The translations under genes and the position numbers were made by a program. Below are positions 1 to 12,578 of a stretch of 64,000 nt of DNA, piece after piece (position 1 is the stretch's first letter; every line of letters begins with the position of its first letter). Source of the DNA: Trichoplax adhaerens (lineage: Eukaryota; Animalia; Placozoa). The stretch spans positions 1,759,983 through 1,823,982 of the forward strand of contig NW_002060948.1 of assembly GCF_000150275.1 (NCBI RefSeq). Direction: 5' to 3'. The notes under the pieces are model-generated. The model ran no database searches. It was not told the origin of the DNA and saw only the letters and a list, made by a program, of their open reading frames with translations.

Positions 1-1161
1 GAAGGTAATCATCAAGGTGTCGACCAAGCTCTGTCATCACGGCTCCCGGATGTAAAGCATTTATTGTTACAGAAGTACCTTTTAACCTTTTACTCATTTC
101 TAATGAAAATAGGATGTTGGCAAGTTTAGAGTACCCATATACGCTAGTACCAGAATAGGATTTTTCACTCATAAGATCATCAAGGTTCATACTAGATACC
201 ATCCTATGAGCGTTGGATGAAACAACGACGATTCTGCTTGGTTGTGACTTCTTGAGTAAATCTAATAATAGATCTGTTAACAAGAAATGTCCGAGATGAT
301 TAACACCCATCATTCTTTCGAAACCATCTTCAGTGGTATCTCTGTAGGCAGGACCAGCTATGAGAGAAATACAGAATTGGTCAATTTATAGGATTATTTG
401 GACGTAGTAACTCCAGAATAGCTAACTTACTTGGAACATGCAATACAATAGCAATAATACAACAATAATTTATCTTTAGCTCCATCGTAGGTCTATACTG
501 TACTGTACAATGTACACAATTCCGTATAGTATACTCATCTGTGTGGTATTCGCAAATTCTACTTACTAATTGCTATCACTTAACGAATTAGCATAATGAT
601 GCTAGCTTAATATGTATGAGTTACGCCATTTTGAACTTTTGTATTCTAAAGTTGTGCTGGTATATATATATAGTGTGGGCGCATGATTGAAATTGTATCG
701 TCGAAAGCAGTTTCAAGAATAGTGATAAATGCACTAAGTGGATGAGATCTGCATGATTTCTATTGCAAACAAATACAATGAGGGTTGTTACCTAATCCAG
801 CATTGTTGATTAACACGTCCAATCTTTCTTCTTTTGCGTTAATATCCTTAGCGAATTGTCGTATAGAATTTAAGGAACCTAAGTCTAACATTTTTAAAGC
901 TACATTGTTATTGCCACTAATATTTTTGATGTCTTCTACAGCCGCTTCGCCACGCGATTTAGATCGACATGCACAAATGACTCGAGCTCCACGTCTTGCT
1001 AAATCGATTGCCGCTTCTTTCCCGATTCCAGTATTAGCTCCAGTAATAATTACAGTTTTTCCATCTAATCTCTCATCCCCTTTATATTCGCATCGTCCGT
1101 GTATGACGAAATAATAGATTGCAATTGCTAGAATAATAATGAAAATTCTAAACTTGCTCAT
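1..1161 (-). CDS. Retinol dehydrogenase 11/12-like short-chain dehydrogenase (copy 1), 3' end runs off the window
   Basis: Exon 1 is 1161-792: N-terminal hydrophobic anchor, TGANTGIG Rossmann motif, ACR, LINNAG, phase-1 GT donor. Exon 2 runs from 357 to beyond position 1 and reads [28 protein letters not shown]...YGYSK (catalytic YxxxK)...[11 protein letters not shown]. Confidence 0.93.
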
Positions 1162-2013
1162 GGTGGAATTGGGTTATTGCTGCTATGCAAAATCCTGTAC
1201 AATACATAAAGAATAAAAAAAAATCAGGTTGATTTCTCATTTCGTGATGGAAGCAAGGAGGAAAACAATTTAAAACTTGCGTAGTCTATCGTTTTATCGT
1301 GGACACTTTACTGGTATCTTTACAGTACAGCACAGTTAAATCAAGCTATCAGGTATATTCTTAAAACTTGAATCAGGTGGCGTTATTTTCAACTTCAGCA
1401 CGTGTAAAATAGCAAAAAATACAGTAGCATCTTGTCCAAAGTTTTGCATTGCTACGAGATAATTTACAGTGCTGTACCTACGTTTTATCTACATTCATTT
1501 ATATAAATGAAATACGTGCAAATGTTGATTATAGCATGATGTATAGTCAAGACATGACTGCAATTTCTTATTACCTGTATGCTGTAGAAGGGTTAAATTG
1601 ACGACGATCAGCTTCGGAGGGTAGAAACGCTGATTATGTAAATTGGAGAAAATTACAAGCTCGTAGCTGTCGAAGGTCCATTTAAGGTATAGTACTGACT
1701 GTACCGTATTGCCTACCTGTACGTAGGTGGTATTAGCCAATAGCTATAGTAGTCTAACTGACCGGTATCGTTTAAAGTAAATACAGCTACGGTTACTACT
1801 GCACTTCGCTACACAAATAGCCCTCGGCCTCTCAGTTATGAGCTAGATTACTGAGTTCCATCAGCAATGGTGGCTACTGTATACGTCTTTTTCCAGTTGC
1901 CGTTGTACAGAGGCAGCAGGTTATATACAGTACTTGTACAGCTTATTTACCGCATATTTATTCATTGCATTTACTTCTGGTTAAACTTGTGCAAGATAGA
2001 ACTAGTACAACTA

Positions 2014-2530
2014 TTTTCTGCTTTTCTTTCTATCCAGCTAAAATGCAGCCATACAGCTGTAACAGTTAAACTGTTGCTTGGTAATTTACTTACCGTTAAT
2101 AAAATACACTTGTACAAGAAGGAATCCGTAAAACTACTACATTTTCTTCTCTTCTTTCTATCCAGCTAAAATGCTGCGATATTGCTATTCTGCTCTTCTT
2201 TCTATACAGCTAAAATGCAGCCATACAGCTGCAACAAACTGTTGCAGGGTAAATTGCTTACCGTTAATAAAAAACACTTGTACAAGATGCAATTAGTAAA
2301 ACTACTACATTTTCTTCTCTTCTTTCTATCCAGCTGAAATGCAGCGATATAGCTACTCTGCTCTTCTTTCTATACAACTAAAATGCAACGATGCAGCTGC
2401 AACAGTTAAACTGTTGCTTGGTAAATTGCTTACCGTTAATAAAATACACTTATTACAAGATGCAATCAATAAAACTACTGCATTTTCTTCTCTTCTTTCT
2501 ATCTAGCTGAAATGCAGCGATATAGCTACT
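2014..2530. repeat. Tandem repeat, ~170-bp unit x3, each unit with two internal TTCTTTCTATCCAGCTAAAATGC sub-repeats
   Basis: Units start near 2018, 2190 and 2358 and share CTGTTGCTTGGTAAATTGCTTACCGTTAATAAAA...AAAACTACTACATTTTCTTCTCTTCTTTCTATCCAGCT. Confidence 0.9.
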
Positions 2531-3314
2531 AACTGATGCTTGATGACATTACTCGATTAAACATTGCGTTCAAATTTAAATAGTTAATCATAATTATAAT
2601 CAAAATATTGCATGGGTGTTACTATGCAATTATATAGTATAATCTGAACAGGTTACGTATATCATTTAGTTGAATTACCTACATGAAAATGAATTACTAA
2701 AATAGCACATTTCCTTTATTTCAAAGATTGATAATAGCTTAGATAACAAATAATTGTAAACCTAAACAGGAAAAATTGAATTTTGAAAACATGAAGAATC
2801 GTATTATAATTAACTAATAGTCACAGTAACGAATGCATGTATTTGTTGTATAACATTATCATGAATGTAAGATAAAAAAAGGTGATATTATGATCGTGAT
2901 CGCCTACAAAAACTCGTATATAATGGTTTCTTCGCCAAATATCTGGATAATAGTGGAGTGTAGTAAAAAAGTTACGATATATTACATTTCATAGAGAAAG
3001 CTCTGCAAAAGGTACTGTACTGTAGTATATTGCATGCATGTATTCATAGATAAAATTTTGAGTATTTGAAATAATATGCTATCCATATTTTATGTTATAC
3101 TAAATAGTCTATCTTATACTCCAAAGTTTTAAACTAATGCTAGTAATCATTTATTCCTAGTTAATGGCATCTCACGGTATGAAGTATAGATCATAAATGT
3201 ATTGAACCGAACCGAACCTTTCTCAGGTCTAGTATGAACTTCTAGAATCTACAGATTCTAGATGTCTACGCCTACACTATTAATAAATTTCGAACAGAAA
3301 ATACCGATTGCAAT

Positions 3315-4600
3315 TTAGGTAGATAGATTAACTAATTTTTCACTAATATCCCATAGTAGCTTTGCAGCAGTTTCGTTCCTAGCAGCCGCTGATTCTCTCG
3401 AAATCTCGCAGTCAGCAAAATATTTACCGGATACTGATTGGAGACTCTTATCGACAGCAAGACAAATAATTGTTTGTGCTCCTTGACGGGCATCCCTTAC
3501 GAAGATTGATAACGTCCAACGCAAAGCTTCAAGTAAGAAAGGTGGTAAATGTAGGTAATCTTCAATGTGTCGACCAAGATCAGTCATTACTGCTCCAGGA
3601 TGTAAAGAATTTATTGTTATAGAAGTATCCTTTAATCTTTTGCTAAGCTCCAACGAAAATAGAATGTTGGCGAGTTTACTGTGCCCATATCCACTAGTAC
3701 CAGAATAAGATTTTTCACTCATAAGATCTTCCAAATCCATTTCAGATACCAAGGTTCTATGAGCTTCCGAGGTTACAACAACAATTCTGCTTGGTTGTGA
3801 TTTCTTGAGTAAATCTAATAATAGATTTGTTAATAAGAAATGACCGAGATGATTAACACCCATCATTCTTTCGAAACCATCTTCAGTGGTATCTCTGTAA
3901 AAAGGTCCAGCTGCAAAAATTAGGAAGTAAAAAAGTTTATATGTTATACGAGTATACGTTAATTATGCGTGCCCTATTCCGAACCTTAGCCAGTATAGTC
4001 TATACTATAAAATTCTTAACCACAATAAAGTCAATAGGAATAGCTTTTTCTATTGTGTTAAAACTACTTCTACGGTACAACTATTAAAGCATTAACAATA
4101 TTTTAAAAGCATGTTTCTCTCTAGATACGCGTACTATAGTTTGGGCAAATGACTAAGTTACTGTTAGAGAAGATAGCGATTGCAATATGAGATATAATGT
4201 TTACCGACGGTTATGTGTAATGATTATTACCTAAACCAGCGTTATTAATTAACACGTCTAATCTTTCTTCTTTTGCGTTAATATCCTTAGCGAATTGTCG
4301 TATAGAATTTAAGGAACCTAAGTCTAACATTTTTAAAACTACATTGTTATTGCCACTAATATTTTTGATGTCTTCTACAGCCGCTTCGCCACGCGATTTA
4401 GATCGACATGCACAAATGACTCGAGCTCCACGTCTTGCTAAATCGATTGCCGCTTCTTTCCCGATTCCAGTATTAGCTCCAGTAATAATTACAGTTTTTC
4501 CATCTAATCTCTCATCCCCTTTATATTCGCATCGTCCATGTATAAGGAAATAATAGATTGCAATTGCTAGAATAACAATAAAAATTCTAAGCTTGCTCAT
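3315..4600 (-). CDS. Retinol dehydrogenase 11/12-like SDR (copy 2), complete, 2 exons
   Basis: Exons 4600-4231 and 3910-3315, joined in phase 1 (TTA G|CT GGA). Contains [39 protein letters not shown] and KLLWDISEKLV. Confidence 0.95.
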
Positions 4601-6636
4601 GGTGAGACCGAGTTCTTAAAGTTCTTAATTCGGAGTAATTCTACCAATAAAAATGCAATACAAAATCGATTACATTTTACAAATAGATTTCAGTGATAGT
4701 CAGATAAGATAACTATGGAGTGGATGAATCTATTCGTTTATGCAGCAATTCATTGAATCATAAATACATTAAATCACGTTAATACAGTAGAAGACATGTC
4801 TATAAAATGTCTTGTATGCAAGCATCCTTTTAAAATTGAAGCTCAATAGACCGATCGAGTAAGAGTGTCCTTACATAAAAACTGAATGGATGATGAATAT
4901 TTTGAATTATGCTGATATATGAGTATCTACACCAATGTACAGTATGGTATGTATCAATTTAGTAATATATCTTATATCCAAAAATCAATCGAATAAAAGG
5001 TAATCACTGTACAGTACACTGTATTTTCAGTTTAGCAACATGTGAACATTTAAAAATAATCCATTCTCATGGATAGTTGGATGTTGCTATGCCCTATACT
5101 GACTGAATACTTCCAACTGTATACTTCCCCTATTGAACATTATTTCAACTACAAGCATTTGTAAATCAAATCGCTCGCACGCCTAGCACTTATAAAGTAA
5201 TGTTATTTGGTTTTCAGTAAAGCGACTCTGCTTTATCGATGAGACGCAGACGACAAGGACTGCCCTTAACCATGGATTACTAGAAGAAGACCTGGACTTG
5301 TCCAGGGACTACTTCCTACTCTTCTAAAGAGAGCGAGAGAGAGAGAAACGCTGAACGATCGAAATGTGAGACACAACCTAACTTAAACAACATTTACGGT
5401 CGTATATAACTGTTTTCAAGTAGAGTTTAGCAATAGACAATAAGATTCAACGTAATACTACTTAATTTAGAAAATCAGTCAGTTCAGAATCGACCGTCTG
5501 CACACTAAGGTACTATCATAAGGAAGTATTTAGCACAATCGGTTGACGAGGTGGGGCCTTGTAGTAGATCATATCAAGGTAAAACATACGATGATGCGGA
5601 GATAAACACTGAATATTTTATTTTAAATGGCAAGCTTTTCCTCATTGAACATCATTTTAACTGAAAGCATCCATATATCATATCCCCTGCATGCTCATTT
5701 GCTCATTAATGATCTATAGTACATACTGTACTACCCAATACTCTCTGAGTCGTACTTTAAATTGTAAACTTTTCCTTATTGAACATCATTTAATAACTCG
5801 AAAGCATCAGATCACCTGCCTAAATTGGTCGGAAGCAATATTTTAGAGCTGGAGGGCTTTCTTGAGGCTGATTTAATGCAAAGTGGCATTCAATATTGTA
5901 GCAGCTTCCAATGGTTTCCTTGTCTCACAACTTAAGAGCTCTATGACGTAAGCTAACAGTGTTGTAGGGCCCAACAGTGCTCCAACCATTTGTTTCTTTA
6001 TAGTAATAATTAATTAATTAGTAATAGTACCCCATGCATAATTAGAATATGCAAAGTACTTTGTACTCTTCTGGTATCTGCATCCGGACGATTACCTCCC
6101 GGACAACTGCCCTCGAACATTGTACAATGTTCATTTCTAGTTAAATCACTTCGATTAGATTTAACAATTTCATAAGCTATCTCGCTCAATGACAATAATT
6201 TCCTAGGTAACCCTCCTTTGCGGAAGGCAGATCGATTGCATCATCCATAAATATCGATCATCGAATGCTATGATAGTGTACACGGCCTACAGTAGAGTAA
6301 ATATCATTTTCCTAGCATGGATAGATCACAAAAAGGAAATTTTTCTCGTGATCCATCTTGCGGTGCAGTAGTGCCTAATTAACAGGATTATCTATAATAA
6401 TCTACACAGGGCGATTAAACAGTAGATGAGGGATAAGGATTTGACTAAAGCGATCAGAATCATAATTGTCCCTTTAAAACGGAACCCTGCTGCATGCATT
6501 CTATTCAAAACTCCCCTTTAGTATAGTAGATGCAATACTGTTGGCCTATCATAGATTTGTCATTAGAGGACTTGCTCCTTGTCGAAACAATCAACATTGC
6601 ATTTTGCTACCCCTATTCTAAAATTCACTTCGAAAC

Positions 6637-8343
6637 ATGTTAAAAACTGCGATTATCGTTAGTGTTATTGGCATTGGATTGTATTATTTCTTCATTCCTT
6701 TCGCTACAGGTAGTTGTGAGTATTATGGTAAAGAAAGGTTAGATGGCAAGACCGTCATTGTAACCGGTGCTAATACTGGCATTGGTAAAACGGCGGCGGC
6801 CGATTTAGCCCAACGAGGTGCTCGAGTTATTTGTGCTTGTAGGTCCATGGAACGTTGTAATGCTGCTGTAGCTGACATCAAAAGAGAAACCAACAACGTG
6901 CAAGTTGTTGCTGCAAAATTAGATTTAGGTTCAATGAAATCAATACGAGAATTTGCACAGATGTTTAAAAATACTGAAAAGCGTTTGGACATTCTGATTA
7001 ATAACGCTGGCATAGGTGAGCTAACATTACATAGACGATTAAACACTCAGGAGTGTTCGCGTTGACGGTTCCTACTTGTACAGTAGCCCATGACTGAAAG
7101 AGTACTAACACCAATAAAAATGGATTAGATCAGTGACACAATCCAGCTTTCTTCTCAGTGAAAAAATGCGTAAATTACTTGTATGATTTCAATTAAAACT
7201 GCATTACTGATGAGATGTGTAATGTATATGTTTATGATCTTACTAATGTGCACATACTACTGGTATAGCAGTGAAGCAATTTACAAAACGAAGCAAGAAA
7301 TCTATCAAACTTTGACTTGCATAGTTTTAGTATAATGGCGATTAGATTGATACTTTTGATGGAGGTGTGAACACAGAAGCCATCGTATTTACAGATAACA
7401 GATTAATAATATAATATAATTAAGAGTGTAATCCTCTGATTAATTAATTATCATCTCTTCATGAAGCAATTATATGAATTGCATTTGCGTTATACTAGCC
7501 TAGTAAGAGTAGAGTTTGTAGGGCCTGCTGTGAGTATTCCATATTAGCAGGGAGATATGACTTGATTATAATATTATAAATTGAGGTAACGCAAACCTAT
7601 TTTATTTTGTAGTATGATGTTTAAAATTAGATACGTACATGACTCATGGATACTAAGCTTGCAAAATTATTCTAGCATATCTGTGGACAAATGAACGGAT
7701 GCTTACTGTGCAGTATGTACATGATTTAACAATATTCTCCTTCTTATCCGCAGGGTGCAGAAACGTCGATAAGAAAACTGAAGATGGATTCGAAGACAGA
7801 ATGGGTGTTAACCACCTTGGACACTTTTTATTAACAAACCTATTACTAGATATGTTAAAGCAGTCACAGCCTAGTCGAATTGTATGTCTTACATCTCTTA
7901 TTCACTGGACGACAACAGATCTCGATTTTGACAATTTAGCCAACCATACATCTACTAGTTCATGCGATAATTACAGCCGTAGTAAAATAGCTAATATATT
8001 ATTTGTACTGGAATTAAGTAAACGATTGAAAGGGACAGGTGTTACCGCCAATGCCGTTCATCCTGGTTTAGTTCAAACAGAAACACTTCGATCAGCTCGT
8101 GAAAGTGAGGGTTTCCTTGCTACCAGTTATACAAAATTTATGGAAGTGGTATTTTTGTTAGTCGGCAATGATGCTCGGCGAGGCGCACAAACTACTGTTT
8201 ACGCCGCAGTAGATCCATCGCTGGAGAATGTTAGTGGTCAATTCCTGGCTAGGTGTAAAATCGATACTCCATCGCCTTATGCAAGAGATGAAGCTGTTGC
8301 CAAGAAATTATACGATATGAGTTTAAAACTTGTAAACTTATAG
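6637..8343 (+). CDS. Retinol dehydrogenase 11/12-like SDR (copy 3, divergently oriented and more diverged)
   Basis: Exons 6637-7015 and 7754-8343, with the intron at the same position and phase as in copies 1 and 2. Contains [24 protein letters not shown] and GAQTT. Confidence 0.95.
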
Positions 8344-8796
8344 ATATTGTACTGTAGTATTGTCACTGGCATGTACACGATAATATCTACGTGTAATAAT
8401 TTGTAAAACAAAAGTATAAGTAAAAGATGTAGTAGACGTTCTAATACAACCATTGAGTAGCTATCGGTCAAAAAAGAATAAATTCTACTTGTTTTTAGGT
8501 AAAGAGATTTTGGGCCTTAGGTTTACTTATCATGAGTTATAAATTGCTAAAGAATTTCATCATGCCTCTATTTTGTGATGTTAATGTTGAAAGAACCCAT
8601 ATAAGTAACTGTATAGTCGTATATCATATTCACTCTATAAATCGGATACAGGTTTGAATTTCTGTAATTGAAGCCATTAGAAGTTATATACTACTTTAGA
8701 CAAGTTTCATAGGGCGTCTGTATCTAACTTCTTATATCTGATTTACAGTTTTAATTTCTTTAACGTGCCAAACTACGACCCTGTATATTTGTCTGC

Positions 8797-9307
8797 GTGA
8801 TAATTTCGCTCCTATAGTTGGTGTACATTGACTATTAGCCGTGCTAGCTACTATCATGCTATCCATTACCATCTCATACGGTATACAAAATAAAGGATTT
8901 AGTGACTGATTTAAAAAATTATCTATTATATGGTGCCTGTAGTCATGCATTGCTACTTAGCCTAATTAGTGGTACTTAATCCTGCAAGTTATGAGCTCTC
9001 TGAAGAATAGCATAATCCTCATAATGAAATCATAATGAGGATTCTGAATTGATTCAGGATTTGAGGATCCTCATCCTCATAATCCTCGTTCATCTGGGTG
9101 ATAACTTCGCTCCTATAGTTGGTGTACATTGACTATTAGCCGTGCTGGCTACTATCATGCTATCCATTCCAATCTCCTACAAAATAAGGGATTTACTGAC
9201 TGATTTAAAAAATTTTCTATTATATGGTGCCTTTAGCCATGCATTGCTACTTAGCCTAATTAGCGGTACTTAATCCTGTAAGTTTTGAGCTCTCTGAAGA
9301 ATAGCAT
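8797..9307. repeat. Direct duplication of ~215 bp (8797-9014 and 9098-9307) around a palindrome-rich spacer
   Basis: Both copies read GTGATAA(T/C)TTCGCTCCTATAGTTGGTGTACATTGACTATTAGCCGTGCT...GAGCTCTCTGAAGAATAGCATA. Confidence 0.9.
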
Positions 9308-9634
9308 ATTTAATGGGAACATTAGGCATAGCATAATAACTTCAACCTGTTAATTTTATTATTTCTTGTAAAGTATAATTATCCTGCTATGAAAATAGCT
9401 TTATAGAGTTCAGATTTCTTGTTACAAAAACAGACAAATACTAGAATATTAATGCAGCATCATTTACGGACACGTCTTGGCAGTCCTAATTCACACTACT
9501 GTAGTTTAAATTGCTGAAACAAACTATCTAAATGTTGTAAGCAAAGTTGCAGTTAACAAAGTAAACTAGTAGTTAATCTTAGTTATGATTTTTAATTATA
9601 AAGAGGTTACATTCAAAATCAGTAATCGCGTATA

Positions 9635-11718
9635 TTATGGACAACGCTTTTCATCTGATCGGTCTGAACAATCTTCAAAATTGTCACAAAACCTTCTTGC
9701 AGAGATGCATCTCCCAGTCCTCCTGCATTCGAATTTAAATAAGCTACACTGACCGCAAAATTTCTCATCCGATCGATCTGGGCAATCAAAGCGTCGGTTG
9801 CATACTTTCCGCCTAGGGATACATTTGCGACCATCGAAGCATGCAAATTGCGTTGATCTGCATCGTACCTTACCTAGATATCAAAAATAATTTTAATTTA
9901 AACGATACTGTAAAAGTTACACGAATCTTTATTCAAAATATTGAATATCTTGTGGCGTAAAGCCAATTCAAGACGGAATGAAACCAACAGTTCCTTTCGT
10001 CTGAGCCATCTCGACAATCTCGGTGATCATCACATACGAAAGATTTTGGAATACACTTGCCACTGCGCTTGCAGCGAAATTCTCTTCTACGGCATCTACC
10101 TAAAATATTGAAAATCAAATAGGAATGCTTTGGGTATCTACCAAGAAATAGATACGTGGCGCTGCCAGTGCTTTAAGATACGTCGTTATCACAGTGTAAA
10201 TAAAGCTTACAGTTTTTCTCGTCTGATCGATCCCGACAATCACGAAAACCGTCGCATCGATATGCTTTTGGTATACATTTACCGCTACGTCTACAACGAA
10301 ATTCGTTTCTTCGACATTTTTTAGGACCTATTCAGAGTATCAATAATAAAATCAACGTTTGAAGAATGAACAGATTGTACTATGCCTGTTTTAGCTACGC
10401 TGATTTTTTGTAATATAGAAAGAGTAACAAGATCTATTGTTCAAAGACGTACAATTTCTTTCATCCGATCCATCCCTGCAATCGCGATGAGAATCGCATT
10501 TATAAGATTTTGGAATACATTTGCCACTTCTTTTACATTGAAACTCGCCTCGCCGACATGTACGACCTAACTCCGTCAATGCAAACTAGTAATTAGGGCT
10601 ATTATATTAACTGCTATTAGCATAATGTTGAGAAGTTTACAATTTCATTCATCTGATCCATCTTTGCAACCCTAAATTTATCGCACTTGAATATATCTGG
10701 AATACATTTACCACTACTTTTGCATCGAAATTTTAAAGGTGACATTGTCTTTCACCTTTAAAATTGCAAATAGTAACTATTAATTGTCTTTAGCTTTTAC
10801 TAGATATATCTGGCCTTTTTATCATAACGAGATTAATGAGAGAGCAAATGAGGTAGAACAAATCTCAAACGTATTACGACAACATTTGCATAATACTATT
10901 AAATGCTTTCCTATCGGCGTGGTTTAAGATGTCAATAAGATTCCAGAATATCAACGCTATATCGAAATGCTCCACTTACAGTTACGTTCATCTGATCCAT
11001 CTCTACAATCTCGCCTATCATTACATCTTCTAGATGCCGGGATGCATTTGCGACTACGTTTACATCGAAATTCATCTTCCGAGCATCCACGTTCACCTAA
11101 GTAGGACATTTAAAATAGACAGCTTAGCGCTAATAAATGATGATTAGAAAGTAACAATATTCTCACAGTCTTCTCCATTTGATCCTCTAAGGCAATCAGG
11201 ATCGGCGATGCTCATTTTTTGAGATTTTTGTATACATGCTTGATCGCTGCAATTCTTTACGTTAGATAATTCTACAACAAATACAATGCATTGAGTGTGT
11301 TCCAATGATAAAGATTGGTGGTTTGACTAGCCATTTGCATGTACGTATACAGTATCTTGATATTATTTCTAGGTGAAACAGCTCTGATAGAATTAAAAAA
11401 ACTATTTGGCCTACCTTTTTCCATGCAAGTAGTTATTGATTCATCGGTCATATCATCGCAATCTTGGGAATTATCACAAACTTTGGACATTTTTATACAA
11501 GTAGAATTGTTGTCGCATGCGAATCCTGGACATCCCAAAACTATGAAAACATAGTAGTGCCTGTTACTACTTAGCGTACATCACGATCTTAGTATTTAGA
11601 GTGGTTCAAAACAAGCAAGGTAGGCAATACGTTATCAATATCGTTTACCGGCAATAGGTTTGTCCAATCCAAGGCATGCGAGCATCATCATCGCAAGTAT
11701 GAATAGCTTTAAAGACAT
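9635..11718 (-). CDS. Secreted protein composed only of LDL-receptor class A (LDLa) repeats, ~332 aa
   Basis: Exons, all joined by phase-1 GT-AG introns: 11718-11649 (signal peptide [23 protein letters not shown]), 11540-11415, 11271-11167 (degenerate repeat), 11096-10980, 10566-10453, 10327-10211, 10099-9989 and 9873-9635 (two repeats then TAA). Repeats match C-x4-F-x-C-x4-CI-x5-C(D/N)-x3-DC-x-D-x-SDE-x2-C. No transmembrane segment. Confidence 0.85.
10641..10755 (-). pseudogene. Decayed LDLa pseudo-exon inside the LDLa gene
   Basis: AG|GT GAA AGA CAA TGT...AAT T|GT boundaries match the sister exons, but it is 115 nt instead of 117 (two 1-nt deletions) and has GAA TGA AAT where sisters have GAA CGT/AGA AAC. 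Confidence 0.85.
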
Positions 11719-12244
11719 GTTTTCTGTTTGATTTGGTTGGTACGATATTTGTTGGTAATTGAAGAATTTTAGATAATCAGCTCAGCTCTTAAGGAAGGAA
11801 TAATACTGCAATATTTTAAGCAGGAAGAGGTACTAGCATCATTTCTAGCTGGGCTTTTTATAGGTTTGTACTATGCACTAGCGTGATGTTAGAATACCGT
11901 AACTATTGTGGTGCAAATAGCTTTAGATGTATTTTCGTATATACGCATTCTCATAGTTATATCATAAATTTAATTCTGTGCATAGAAAATCAAATGTATA
12001 GTAATAAGCCTGTAAATGCATTTATCAGAGGTAGAAATTGACCGACTTGGCCTTTGGTGCATACCTTTTGCAAATATTGCTGTCATTGTTAGTAACTTCT
12101 TACTAGTGTAAGGTTACTTGTAGACTGCACTGGTCTAAAGTTCAATTGTTAACACAAACAGTTAGTCTACTGTAGATTAGTTCAAACATGTGTGATTATT
12201 GATATCTTGTTATTATTAATAAATTAAATCTTATACAGTTAAAT

Positions 12245-12578
12245 TTATTAGCGTATAGTAGCAGCTTCCACGGGTCGAATAGCTGTATTATGATCGACTT
12301 AATTTTTTCAACCCTTGAATTCTGTTATTATTCATCATTCTATTCATCAATTAAATGTTTAAATCTTTTCTGCTAGATACATTAGCGTATACTAATAGCT
12401 TGCTGTCGCTGAATAACTGTATTGTTAGTTTGTTACTTCACCCTTGGATTATTCAGTTAATTATCCTGCAGTTAATTAAATCTTGCAGTCCTTTTCACTT
12501 AGATACATTAGCATTTACTAACAGCTTTCTTCCGTCTAATGGCTGTATTTATGATCGACTTAATTTCTTCACCATTGA
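12245..12578. repeat. Degenerate tandem repeat, ~125-bp unit x~3
   Basis: Recurring ATTAGC(G/A)T(A/T)TA...AGCTT...AAT(A/G)(G/A)CTGTATT...GATCGACTTAATTT...CACCCTTG blocks near 12247, 12381 and 12506. Confidence 0.65.

Noticed and set aside
10644-10648. In-frame TGA as possible selenocysteine
   Set aside because: It aligns with Arg/Lys, not Cys, in the sister repeats, and the exon also has two frameshifts.
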